In this document: positions 14,120 through 26,800 of the stretch, piece after piece
How positions within the stretch are numbered: position 1 is the first letter of the stretch
Layout of the letters: each line of letters opens with the position of its first letter
DNA from: Lama guanicoe
Lineage: Eukaryota
Length of the DNA stretch: 64,000 nucleotides
Direction: 5' to 3'
NCBI GenBank assembly: GCA_013239625.1
Contig: MU056703.1
Span: forward strand, 981,185 to 1,045,184
Notes under the pieces: model-generated
The model's database searches: none
What the model was told of the DNA's origin: nothing
Seen by the model: the letters and a program-made list of their open reading frames with translations, nothing else
Translations under genes and position numbers: made by a program

Positions 14120-15419
14120 CCATCTGTAGCCAAAGACCTGGACCAGCCAGTGGAAAGCACAAATCTGTAAGAAAATGACCTGTCTGCTTAACCCGTGGTG
14201 ACGCAGCTCATTGTCCGCTTTCAGAGCACGGCTCTCCCAGCACCCAGCTTCTCTGGAGCCGGGTTGGACCAGACCTCGAGCGTAGGAAGGGCGCTGTGCG
14301 TCCAGACACACGGAGTCCGGGGCCCTGCCTCCAGCCTGCCCCTTGGCGCCGGTCTCCACCGCACGCCGCACACTCGGGGGGCACAGATATGCAGAAACCC
14401 CCCAGGAGCCCCTGCCTCGCTTCTGACAAGCTTCCCTCTGCTCCGCAGGCTGGCTCTGCGGTCTCCTCTCCTTGGGCTTGGGTTTCATACGGGAATTTGG
14501 TCCTCCCCGACTTTGTAGTGTCAAACTCAGGTCCCCTGAAGACCGTTCCGTTAGCAATAGGGCCAGTTCCGCTCTTCCCACTTTGGGAATATTGCCAGAA
14601 TTCCCCAAGTTTGGTATTATTGGATACTTGAGAACATCAATTCCCAAATCGATAATATTGTCAATACTATCAATGCAAAAGTAATTTTAATGACTAATAG
14701 GTTGAGAGATGTGTTGAAACTGATCTACTTGAAGATGATTTGGTCTCTGAACTTAAAAAAGGACCGACTGAGAAGTCATGAAAACAGCTTTTCTCCCACT
14801 GAGCTTTTTACTGTGTAAAGATGCTACTGCCTCTGGCTTGTTCCCACAAATAGCCATCTCACTAGTGGGCATTTATTTCACCGCCACAAACGGCGCATGA
14901 TGACGCCGTGCTAGTGCCGAGCCGTGGGTCTTCCCTCCGCCCTCTGTCCTCTCCCACGCGCCCATCATTCTTTCTCCAACTGACAGCTGTTTGTTACCTG
15001 TCAAAGCTCCAAAAAGTGATGTGAGGAAAGTCAATTACAATATTCATTTTTTCCCCTATTTCTAGCATCTTAAAATTCCTCCTTACAAATAAGCTAGACT
15101 ATTGTAGAATGTTTTGTTTTTAAAAAAACAAAACCCAGCAATTTGAAATAAACTTCACATTTGTTCCATGAAATAATGAATTTGAACGGTACATAAAAGT
15201 CAAGCAAGAAACTTGAAGGGAAAAGCTAGACTTAAAAAAAAAAAAGAGGGTGAGTGGATAGCAACAGACTGCCTCTTTTTAGGAATCGAAACCTGACAAT
15301 TTTATTCTAAAAGACCAGCAATAGTTAATAAGAGTTTAATTTTAACAACTAGGTGTTTTATTATTAAAGACTCCCCTGGTATTCCATCGCACAGGAGGGT
15401 GGTCTGTTGTCGCAGCAAG

Positions 15420-15800
15420 GTGGGTAGCAGACTGGCCCCAAACACGCCTCCCCTGAGCCCTGGAGCCTGCCAGTCTGTTGTCCTTTGTGGCCACGAGGAA
15501 TTAAGGTTGCAGATGGGATCAAGGTTGCCAATCAGATGACCTTAAAATAAGGAGATGACTTTGGGTGACCTGGGTGGGCCCAGGTAATTACAAGTCTCCA
15601 GGCAGGGAGCAGAGCCTCAGACTCAGGGAGGCGGCACCCGGGAAAAGACCTGGACCAGCCGTGGCCGCCTGTGAGGGTGGAGGAAGGGGTCGCGAGCCGG
15701 GGAATGTGGGGGTCCCCTAGAAGCTGGAAAAGGCAAGAAAACAGATTCTCCCCCAAGTCTCCAGGGGCAGCACATCCCTGCTGACGCCTGGCTAGACCGA
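15420..15800 (+). mobile_element. MaLR LTR (MLT1D/E-like)
   Basis: gaattaaggttgcagatgggatcaaggttgccaatcag...ctagaagctggaaaaggcaagaaaacagattctcccc. Confidence 0.75.
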
Positions 15801-17582
15801 GAGCCTCACAAAACCGGGGCCGTGTCTTTCATCTCTGCCTGAAGAGCTAGTTTCTACATTTTTTACCCCAAATTCTGCAGCAGTAAAGCTTATCCTTGGA
15901 GCTCAAAAACATTTATCCAACAAGAGCATGATTATGAACACATTGCGCTCCTGCCTTGGAAACTGGTTACAAAAGAATTATCGAGTGTTACGAGTGTCAC
16001 AGAGTGACTTGGCACACAAAGCACGTAATCCACGGCCATGGAGCACATAAGAGGCCGAGCACAAGTTGAACTGGATGGTTCTCTGTTGTAACCAACTGGG
16101 GAAACTGTGGTTTAGTTACACAAGACACCAGAGCATTCACGAGAAACAGTAGCTTTTGAGTGCCGTTCAAACATCTGAAACGTGTAAGACGTTTAGAATT
16201 TGAGCAGTGGCTATACTTAGAAAAGAAACAGTTGAAGAAAGTAAACACTGTCTTTGGAAGTTTCCAGGTTTTTTTTTTCCCTCTTTACTGTATCATTTCT
16301 ACCTGGTGGCGAACCTTTTCCCCAGATCCCTGGATACTTTGTTTTCTCTTTCAATAATTTTCCTTACAAGACAATCAATAAGTCATTGGCTCTCAGTGTG
16401 ATTTTAAGAAAATGGGCATTTGCACTTCAAGCATTTTGCTAAGTTTGGAACGTATTTTTGTCTCCCGTTGAAGTATTTCAGGCGTCAGTGAATACAGGCT
16501 GATTCACTGGGGACAACGTGGAGGCGGTCCTCTCTGTCTCAAGTCCGACTTGAAATTTCACCAGGAGTTAGGGGGCCAATCTCATGACTTCCTCTGAGGT
16601 CATTTAATCTTGGGGATTTTTCTATTACAGCAAGCAGAAGCAAAATTCAAACCATGTGTATTAAAAGCACAAGTGAGAAAAGTAAACCTTCCAAGCTTTT
16701 AGAAGAAGTGCAGTTTCACTATGACCTTGGGGTAGGTGCAGAGTGGTTTGAAGTAGCAGTTCAGTTTTTCCCATGTAAGTTACAAGACATGTTGAATCTG
16801 TTCTCCAGTGACCCACTTCTAGGTGTCTGCTCCTGGCTTCTTCTAGATTCCTTTAGGCTCTGTGCTAATTAATATACACGGGCTTATTGGCTATAACTTC
16901 GTAGGCTTAATAAGTGTAAAAGTCCCTAAAAAGACTTTCCTTAACCCCTGCCAAAATCAGTTCCCCGCACTGTCCTTCAGGACCGTTTGCCTGTTCTTGA
17001 ATCTCGTCTCCTTCGCCTGAGTTTTAGGATGAGGTGTGTGCCTAACCTGTTGGGATTTTTATCAGACTTGCACTGCATTTTTGGAGAGAAGTGATAGCCG
17101 TATCACACTGAGTGCCCGACCTGTGAACAGAGAATGTCCTCATTTAGGTTTTCAGAAAGGTCATACCAGGTTCATAATTAAAATCTCCCTTCTGACTCAT
17201 TCCACTTAAACAAGAGCATGTTTTTCCCACGCACGTGAGGGCTTCAGCATGCATCTGGTGTTTGGTTTTTTTCTTTCTAATTGGTGCTAGGTCTATATGA
17301 AGATGATGTTCATCACTATTTCTAATTAATTAATTAATTAATCAATCACTAGTCTTCGTATCTGCCTTGTATTTAATTATATAAACGAGTTATATTTTAT
17401 TTAAGAAAATGCTTCTTGGTAGACTTTTAGGTTGTTCGTTATTTGTTGTAGTCATAACGTGCTGCAGGGAACATCTTTATTTATACATTATTGCCCGCTT
17501 GTGAGACTATAGCTATAGCGTAATTCTCATGAAGTGAAATTTCTGGCGAAAGAGTACACTCATTGAAAGTTTGTGTAAATGA

Positions 17583-17750
17583 GGGGGAGGGTACAGCTCA
17601 GTGGTAGAGTGCCTGCTTAGCATGCACAAGGTCCTGGGTTCAATCTCCATTAAAAGTAAATAAATAAATCTAATTACCTCCCCCCTTAAAAGTTAAAAAG
17701 AGATATTCAAAGGAAAAAAATGAAAACATAAAAAATTTAAAAATAAAATA
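17583..17750 (+). mobile_element. tRNA-derived SINE (camelid Vic-1-like)
   Basis: GGGGAGGGTACAGCTCAGTGGTAGAG (A box) ... GGTTCAATC (B box), then an A-rich tail. Confidence 0.8.
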
Positions 17751-18703
17751 AAATTTGTATAAATGATGCCAAAGTTCTTTCCAAAAGGTAGATACACATA
17801 TGTGCACGTAGTCCCACATGGAGCCTGAAGTGTAGGAGCGCCCGGTCCCTGCCACTTCACAGGCCTCACCAGCCCTGAGCTTCATCAGACCGTTTCATCT
17901 GATAGATTATATCCCGGTGTTACTTTAACATACCTTTTATTAACCGTTAATCCTGGCCTTTTTCCCATATAGTTACATGTAAATTTGTGAAGTTAAAAAA
18001 TTATTATTAAAAGCATTAGCCAAGGGGACTCTCAGCATCTTGTTTCCTGAAAACACCCAAAATTAAACTCAGTTCAGGGGACGAGGGGACGGGCATCGGG
18101 GAACGTACCTAGAAGCAGAAACGGAGTCAGAGGCTGCCAGCTCAACCTGAACTCCTCAATGGGTCGTTTTAAACAGACAGAAAATAAAACAGAAGGCTGA
18201 GGTCAGTGGTGTGACCAGCATGACAACAGACCTGAGGTGGTAAAACTGTGGAACCTTCGGGTTGGAAGGCAGCTTGGAGAAAATTGGGTCTCTCTTCTCT
18301 TTGCAGATGAGCCCATTTCTACAAGCTCAACAGGAAGATGAGATGCTTTACGCAGACGTGTCAGTAGAAATGTTCAGTGGCTGCAAACGGGTGACATGGA
18401 ATAAACATTTTTTGAGCAGGAGAAAAAAAGCCAACAACTGGGCGAAGGCGAGCGCGAGGGCCGCGGCCTGGACTCAGCGTGAGGCCCTTTTCCCCGGCTG
18501 CCTGTCACCGGCGCAGAGCCTGCTGGCTTTTTGTACCCTCCTTTTGCATCTCCAACAGCGTCACTCATTTGTGTACGATGGATTCAGAAGTGAAGGATTT
18601 GCAACAGCATGCATTTCGTCAGTGACATGCAATCCTGGAAAACAGCATATTCAGTTAAACCACTTCATCTTTTTCTTCCGGAGGTAAAAGCCCTGACACC
18701 TCG

Positions 18704-19150
18704 ATATTAGCTTCCTAGGGCTTTGTAACAAAGGACCACAAACTGGATGGCTGAGCACAACAGAAATTCACGGCCTCGTAGCTCTGGGGGCCAGAAGGGG
18801 AGATCCAAGGTGTTGGCGCATTGGTTCCTTCTGAGGCTGTGAGGAGGAACCTGTGCATTCCGCGTCCCCAGCTTCTGGCGTGGCCGGCAATCCCTGGTAC
18901 CTTGCATTGCAAAAGCATCTCCATGGCTTTGTGTTCGTCTTCATGCGGCCTTCTCCCGTGTGTGTCCATGTGCCCAACTATCCCCCTTTACAGGGCACCG
19001 GTCACATTGGACTAGAGGCCCATCCTAATGACCCCACTTCAACTTGATCACCTTGGTAAAGATCCTTTACCGAGTGAGGTCACATTCTGAGGTTATGGGG
19101 GGTCAAGATGCCAGCATTTCTTTTTGGAGAGACACAGTTCTCCCCACGAC
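18704..19150 (-). mobile_element. MaLR LTR (MLT1C-like)
   Basis: tattagcttcctagggctttgtaacaaaggaccacaaactgg...tcacattctgaggt. Confidence 0.75.
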
Positions 19151-20782
19151 ACTCCAATATTCACTTGACTGCCTTTCTAAGTCCCGGCCCCAGTCTGCTC
19201 TGACAGTGCTCACTTGCTCATCCTACTAACACGGTGCTTCCTTGTAACACAGGAGGTTTTTGTAACATAGGATGCTGCATAGACAATTTGTGATTTTTTT
19301 CTACATTGCAATGATCTGCTAATATAAACTGAGATTACATATGCATGTTAATACTATGTTGGTGCTGCTCAAAATAATTATTTATAAATGCTTAGTGTGC
19401 GCAGCTCACCCATCAATGAGGTCTGTCCTGTGGGAACGCACTGCAAAGTGGCCATTACTGGATTTATGTAGCATTTATTCTTCAGAGATCAAAATACTGT
19501 AACGTCCCTGTGCCTCAGTTTCCCGCAGAATCACAGCAGGGTTAATAACCCCCAGCCGTCTCCCAAGATCACAGAGATGTTGCGGTGACAGTAATACTTA
19601 TCCCCCGAAGTGTCACTGGAGGAAAGGAATTTACGTGGAGTGTTTGTGTCCTTAGCTTCTCATCATTACCCTTGCTTGACCCGATTCAGCTGGGTCCTCC
19701 TCTGAATAAAGAATCCTCTGCACTGTGGAGAGCTTTCTGAAGACTGGTGGCTTTTCGTGGCGATATTACCCCGTACGTTGCTCTCAAGTGTTTGGACGTC
19801 CAGGCGGGTTGCACCTGTCCCCTGAGCCTTGTTTCTTCAGCGCCTGGGTGAAGGGGCAGGGAGATTTGAGTTCCTCTGCATTCTCCGGCCAGAAGTGGGG
19901 GATGAGGGAGATGAGAGAAGGGAGGGGGTGGAAGCTCTGAGAAACTGAGGTCAGACTTGGGTCCTTCCTTCTTCCATGTCCCTCCCATACGGTGGCCAGG
20001 TGTGTTTCATCCCAGATGCACCTGCCGCCCCCAGCCGCCTGCCGGCCCACCCACTCACGCTCCACCTTCTGGAGCCATTCTCCGCGGTGCAGGAAGGGCA
20101 CGTGTGCAGTCCTCCCAGACACGAAATGCGGGTCGGGAGAGCAGCGGGCCAGCACAGCCGTGGGGGTGCGTGAGCTGTCCTGCGATTTGCGGGGGACGTT
20201 CTGATTGGGACCACTGTTAAGAGCGTGACGTCGTGGAATCGCGGCCCTGGAAACCAGGTGATGCAGGCCTCGGGCCTTGCCCATGAAGCCACACAGCCCG
20301 GGGCTAAGGCGCCTGCTAGGGGCTTGAAGCTGGACGTCCTCCTCACTTCAGTGCCCGGAACGTGCTGATGGACGCGTGGCCACGCAGAGGTGCAGGCGCA
20401 CAACCTGCACCCGGGAGACCTACGCCCACCGGTGGTCACAGCACCGAGCAAGTCCCGAGGCTTATTGAAGGCCCGCCCCGCCCCTGCACAGCCCGCCCCC
20501 TCACTCTGCTGATCCGCCCCTCCCCTGCGCAGACCCGCCCCTCCCTGCGCCGGCCTGCCGCTCTGCGCTCAGCCCCGCCCCTTGCACGCAGGCCCCGCCC
20601 CGGCCCCGGCCCGCGAGTCCCGCCCCGCCGCAGCGGGGACCCGCCCTTTTCCTCGCCAGCCTCTTGGGGAGGGCGTCGCTCTGCACGCTGACCAATGGAG
20701 TGGCGGCCGGCGAGCCCGCCCCGCCCCGCGCCGTGCGTCGGCATAAGTGGGGTCGCGGTCGGTGGCGTGCTGGTCACACGCC

Positions 20783-20835
20783 ATGTGGCGCAGCGGCTGG
20801 AGGGCGAGCGGCGCGCTGCGGAGACTGGGCGGCCG
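20783..20835 (+). CDS. PITRM1: PITRM1 coding exon 1 (mitochondrial transit peptide)
   Basis: cgccATGtgg start; [17 protein letters not shown]; donor CG|gtgag. Confidence 0.9.
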
Positions 20836-23800
20836 GTGAGACGCGGGAGGAAGGGAGCGGTGCGAGGGGCGGACAGTGAGGGGAGAGGGAGGGTGGGCGG
20901 CGATGGCGCGGGAGGCTTCGCGGTGTCGCTCAGCTTGTTCTGGGGCTCCCGCACCCGCGGACCCCTCGCCTGGGGCTCCCGCACCCGGGACATCTCACGG
21001 GGGCTCCCGCACCCCCGGACCCCTCGCCTGGGGCTCCCGCACCCGCGGACCCCTCGCCTGGGGCTCCCAACCCCGGAGCCCAGTCCCAGCCCGAGCCCCC
21101 TTGCAGGGTCTGGATGCGGGGTCCTTTTGGCCCCTCTGGGTGGCAGAGAGGCCCCCCTCCCATGGCCTCCTCCGCTCAGTCCTCGGTGTCCACCCCTCCC
21201 AAAGGAAGGGGGTCGTGTCCAGTTCCAGGGTTGGGGTGAAGCCCCCAGAAAAGACTGGGGCCGAGCGGCGAGGACCTGGCCGGACCCGCCTCCCTCGGGC
21301 GGCCCTGCGTGCTGTGGTCGGGGCTTTCCAGGGGAAGACGCGTGGATGTGGGTTTTAATGGGAGCAATAAAAACAGCCCCGAGCTGCGGGTCTCATTGGC
21401 TCGTTAGTCGCTGCGCGGTTCCCTGTAGTCGTGGGCACGGAAGTACCGCGCTCACCTGCGCTCCTGATAAAATTGGCGCCTCCAGGAATGGAGCTTTAAT
21501 GACTAGATTTATGGAAAAGGAGTGGTTTAGTTTCAAACTGTGAATGAGTGTCATTACCCTTGAGTTGGTAAAATACAGCATTTTACTTTTTAAAAGAAAG
21601 ATTGCATTGTTTGGTTTTATGCTAATTCATAGAACCCTATTTACTTTGTGGTGGAGTTTACCAGCCCAGGGGAGGAAACACGGGGTTCCCTTGCAGTGTG
21701 TCTGGGTTAAAAGCCGCTATCCCGTCTTTGTAGAATTTGCTGGATCAACAAGGGAAAGGTTGGTTGTTTATAGAATATCTCCCTGATCCTGCCTGACACT
21801 GAATGGGCCAGTGTTTTCTGTGCATATCTTCTTCAAAATAAACATTTTTGCGGGATATGATGTTAATGTAGAAAATGCCGTAGAGCATATAATGCAATTG
21901 AGAGAAAAGTTATTTAAAAATAAGTTGTCACCATTACCCAGTTTAAGATTACCCCTAACTCTCCCTCCCTCTAAAATGGAATCTCTCTTCTGGCTTACAG
22001 AAGTAATTCCCTTGTTTTTCTTTGTTTTCTTACCATCCACACGTGTTCCTGCAACACAGTGTTACTTGGCTGAGCAGTTGCTGCTAGAGTAACACTGTGT
22101 CTGTCCCCTGTGGGTTTTGTGGTTCAGCATCGTATGTCACATCTCCACTCATTCTAGGGCTAAGTTTATGCCTGAATAGTGTGTCATTTGTCTGTTGTCG
22201 GCTGCTGGACGTCGGAGCTGGCGGGGTCGGGGCCCTTGGGAGTGGTGTACACACTGTTGTACGGGGGGGGGGTCAGGAGTGCAGCTCTGAGAGTTTTTAA
22301 TGCGATTACAGGTAACCAGTGTCATGGTTATGTTATTTACGGACACATGCGAGAAAGGGTTTTCAGCAGTTAGTTGATTCAAGGCTTTAGCTGAGTTGAG
22401 ATAAAGTTGAAAGAACTTTAATGGAAATTAATTTTCTGGAAGATGGTTGGAGGATGTGAGGTTTAACTTTTCCTTGAATTGTCTTTATCACGTGGCAGTA
22501 TTTTTCACTATGTTACGGAACTACTTTGGCCAGTTTTCCTGCAAACCATCTAACTTTGATTACTTTCTGAAAGTGCAGCAGTGCCAACCTCAGAGCATGG
22601 AGGTGGGGGAGCACCACGGCCTGTGAGAGGGCCCTGCGGTTCCAGGTCGGAGAAAAGATCCAGGGGTTCACGGTCGGCCAGGTACGCCCAGGTGTGCTCT
22701 CCCCCTGGGGGGGGTCTCCTCCTGGTCCCCAGACCCTGGCCCGTCTGTCTCACGGCGGGTGCTCAGAAGCAGAGGAGTTTGCAAATGAAAGGATTTCCTG
22801 ACTCTTACGGGAGTATAGATCCCTAACCCCTTTCCCGACCGCTGGACCCTGACATCTTTTCAGATCTTGGAAAGTAAATCAAACACATTTTTGTTTCTGC
22901 ATCAGACACAACTGTTCACACTGAGTGATAATTCAGACTGAATGCCCCACACCTGTTCAGGTCACGTTTTACCAGCAGCCAAGTTTGCGCCAAACTTAGG
23001 CAAAAACTTTCTGCATTTGAGCCATTGGGTTTCAGAATTACAGAGAAGAGACTGGGCCAGTAGTTACGTAAGTTTATGTTAAAATGGATTTCATTTGATT
23101 GTTGTTTTGTTGTGATTAAACTTTCACATTGTTTTCCTTTAATGCAATAATTGGAAACTACGTTTATCACATAGTTGGTGGTTGTGCTCGCACTGTGCTT
23201 CACCCTCTAACAGGTGCACAGACGAGCAGCTCCCTGTCCAGGGGGACACATGTGTGGCTGTGGCGCAGGAGCAGGAGGGACAGTGTGATGAAGGGCAGAG
23301 CACGAGGAAGATGGAGGAGAGGGTGGGGAGGGGCCTGGACAGTCTGTCTCCAGGCAGCGTGGGCCAGGCGGTGCAGGGCAGGGCTGGTATTCAAGGCAGT
23401 CCCAGGACCTGTGAGTCCCTTACAGGGGTTCGTGGCCTGGGGGCTCTGATCCTTTCTAAGAAACAATTACCAGGAAAGCTTTTACAAAGTGGATGGACGT
23501 TCACCTCATAGAGCACAGGGGTTAACTCTGAGGTCTGAACGACTTCAGAGCCGTCAGTTACATGAGCATCAGGAGGCCACTCAAACCCGTTTTTGTGGCA
23601 GGGCCCTCAGAGCAGGCTCAGGACACCGGAGTTCTGTCTCTGCCTTGCCAGTAAGTGGCGTCAGCGAGGACGGGTCCTTTCACAGCTGTGTGGTTGTCAT
23701 GGTGATGTAGGGCTGTGGCTGAAGGAGAGGGACCTGGCGGAGCTGCTTCAGTACCAAGGACAGTGGGAGTTCTGTGAGGAGCGCTCATGGAAACACAGAC

Positions 23801-26800
23801 GCACACATGCACAGCCTCCTCCAGCGGGCGAGGATGGGTTTGCTTTTGCGTGGAGTGGTTTGCGCCCCGCTGGACCCTCCCTCTAGGAACGGGTAACTGG
23901 CGTTAGCCCAGCTCACCACCGGGAGCTGAGACTAGAGGAAGCAGAATTTAGCGTCAGGAGCATCCTTCAGCCGCCCAGACTCAGGTCTGTCCCAGCGTTT
24001 ACCTCCCGGCAGGGCCGTTCTGAGGGTCCCAGAGAGGAGCGCATGGCAGACGCCGCAGACATTCTGGGCTGCAGTCTGTTCTCCTTGGGGCAGCCTGGGC
24101 GACGGAAGGGGTCTGAGTGCAGGCTTCGGTCTGGGCAGGCTGTCTCACTGCCTGAGGCTCAGAATTTCATCTGTGAGTGGGGTGCGAGGGCCTTCCTCCC
24201 GGGGTTACCTGCCGCGTGTTTCGGAAGTGCTCAGCAGACAGCGAGCATGTGGGAGGGAAGGCGTGTGTTGTCATCAGCCCGGGTCTGCGAGGCTCGGGTC
24301 GGGATGGGGGCTCCTGCCGTGCCCTCCGGGCCAGGCCCTGCGGGGTGCTCGGCGTGGGGCCCTGGCGCCTCTGCGGTTGAGCTCCGCTCTTCTTGTTTTC
24401 CTTGTTGGTTCAGGTCACGTCTGTCCCCGAGCTGTGCCTGACTGCCGTGAAGCTCAGCCATGACGGCACGGGAGCGCGGTACTTGCACCTGGCCAGGGAG
24501 GACAGGAACAACCTGTTCAGGTGTGTGGGGTGCCCTCCGGCCCCCTTCTGAGAGCTCTGCTTCGAGCGTCTCCCGCACCTACGCTAGTTTAAGATACCAG
24601 CCCTGACAGTATCCAGGAAGCACGAGGGCAGGGTAGAGGAGTTCACACCCTCGGCTCCCTGCAGGCCCGGGGCTGTGTGCGTGCACAGTCCTGAGAGGCG
24701 GGGAGGCTGCCGTGGCCTGTCCCGATGGTCCGAGTGATCGCGTGCCCGGGCTCTGTCGGTTCTCCGCAGCGTGCAGTTCCGCACCACCCCCCTGGACAGC
24801 AGCGGCGTGCCCCACGTCCTGGAGCACACGGTCCTGTGCGGCTCGCAGAAGTACCCCTGCAGGGATCCTTTCTTCAAGATGCTGAACAGGTCGCTGTCCA
24901 CGTTCATGAATGCCTTCACGGGTGAGACGCCGGCCCGGCCCAGAGCCGCCTTCCCTCCGCCGTGGGGCCCAGGGCACACCGTTCTCTGTCGGGCTGGGGA
25001 CGTTGGAAGTGTCATCCCTTTGGAATGGGTTGGGGCTGATTGTAAAAACTGGAGTTTGAGGGAAAAGGCGACAGCCGTTTTCTCTGGGGAGTGTGGCTGC
25101 GGGGCTAAGCCTCTGGAGCTGGCGCTGGGCTCCGGGCTCTGGGCTGTAGGACACAGGGCAGTGGTGGCTGGGCCGGCGGGGCTCAGCCACCTGTTCCGAG
25201 CAAGTGCGGGGGGTGCTCTGCGGGCCAGGCCGGCCTTCCGGGCCTGCAGCTGCCTCTGCCGTGGGCCGCTGGTGCGGGGCGGGGCTGCGTGGGCGCTTCC
25301 TGTGGGGCGGCTGTGTTGTCACATCTCTTCCTTTGTGTGCAGCTAGTGATTACACCCTGTACCCGTTTTCCACACAAAACCCCAAGGACTTCCAGAACCT
25401 CCTGTCCGTGTACCTGGATGCAGTCTTCTTCCCGTGCTTGCGGGAACTGGACTTCTGGTAAGCGGTGGCCGGTTCCCTGGCCTGTGCTTCGGTGACGGCG
25501 TCACTGTCCTCGTGTAATTGTCGGTCGCTCCTCAGGCAGGAAGGGTGGCGGCTGGAGCACGAGGACCCGAACGACCCGCAGACGCCCTTGGTCTTTAAAG
25601 GAGTCGTCTTTAATGAGATGAAGGGCGCGTTTGTGAGTGTTTTCCTTTGTTGTGTTGACGTTCTCCTACTGTGTGAAGTGCTGAAACACAGAGAGGCTTG
25701 GAAGACGTCCTTGTGGCACTGAGTGTCCTCGCTGCCAGCACTTGACTTAGCGGGGACAGCGCTGTGAGCGCGGCCGCAGGGCGGTGGGGGGACCAGCAGT
25801 CTCAGCCGTGCTGTGCGGCCGCGGAGGCTGGGGCGTGGTCTCCTCACGTCTTCCTGGCCCGAGTATACAGCGGGGTTTACGGAGTCAATTACATCTCAAG
25901 TTCTCAGATCAGGACCACCGCGGTCAAGTGAATACCGCAGTAAAGCGGGTCGCGCACGTTGTCTGATTTCCGGTGCCCGTTAACGTCGTGCTGACGCTGT
26001 GCTCTGGTCTGGTAAACCTGCAGTAGCACCGTGTCTAAGAACATGCCGTGATTAAGAACCCCTCATTGCTCAAGGGTGTGTCTGGGTGGGCGTCCCTGTT
26101 TACCACGAGATGTTGGCATGCGGCCCCCGATCGTGGCCCCTCACCGAGCCGCAGGCACAGCGTGTGCGCTGCTTCTCACACGCACTGTGTTTTTAACCCG
26201 AAGACAGACAACGAGAGGATATTCTCGCAGCACCTGCAGAGCCGCCTGCTTCCCGACCACACATACGCTGTGGTCTCCGGAGGGGACCCCTTGTGCATCC
26301 CAGACCTCACGTGGGAGCAGCTGAGGCAGTTCCACGCCACGCACTACCACCCCAGCAACGCCAGGTGACGCACCTTGCCGCCGGCCCTTAGCTCTTCTTG
26401 CCCTGAATGCTTCTCTCACGTTTGCTGTGGAAAGGTTTGCTTTAAACCGTGTGAGTTTAGACAAGATTCTGACTTGGACGCCCAGCGTGGTGGGTGCCCC
26501 TCCTGCCCTGAACGCGGGCAGACGCCGGGGAGCGCTCACTGCTAAACTTTGATTTTCACTTTCTAAACTTTGAGTAGAAGGTTTGAAAGGATCTTTAAGA
26601 TTCTAGTTCCCAAACCTTTAAGCGTAGCTCAGGCAACGTTATATTAAACAGATCAAGCCTGTCATTGTCTCCTTAATCCCCTGGGTGAATACTGTGTTGT
26701 CTTAAAACATGTGTGGTCTGAAATCTGTAGCCTAAATGTGACCTTCACGACGTTCTGAGTCTTACCAGTTAGGCTCAGATGCGTCGCTATGTCAGCGCGG

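Larger units (their letters stand above)
20350..21480 (+). promoter_or_regulatory. CpG-island promoter of PITRM1
   Basis: Very high CpG density around exon 1; multiple GC boxes (CCGCCC) at 20470-20730; CCAAT at 20692-20696; no TATA box. Confidence 0.85.

Noticed and set aside
17583-17660. tRNA-like sequences (also at 29532 and 43949) as true tRNA genes
   Set aside because: They have A/B boxes, but two copies continue into a shared A-rich SINE tail and no clean acceptor stem is evident. They are tRNA-derived SINEs.
1-20300. Many 100-340 aa ORFs upstream of PITRM1 (e.g. 1894-2784, 2249-3130, 8751-9785)
   Set aside because: Pro/Gly/Arg/Ala-rich, overlapping in all frames and without recognisable domains. 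Expected from stop-codon scarcity in GC-rich DNA; one starts in an L1 remnant.
20695-21543. 282-aa ORF across the PITRM1 promoter
   Set aside because: CpG-island and minisatellite read-through; the real exon 1 is in another frame.
26185-26203. TTTTTAAC close to an AAG acceptor in PITRM1 intron 6, resembling a U12 branch point
   Set aside because: The intron's donor is GTGAGT (U2 type), not GTATCCT/ATATCCT.
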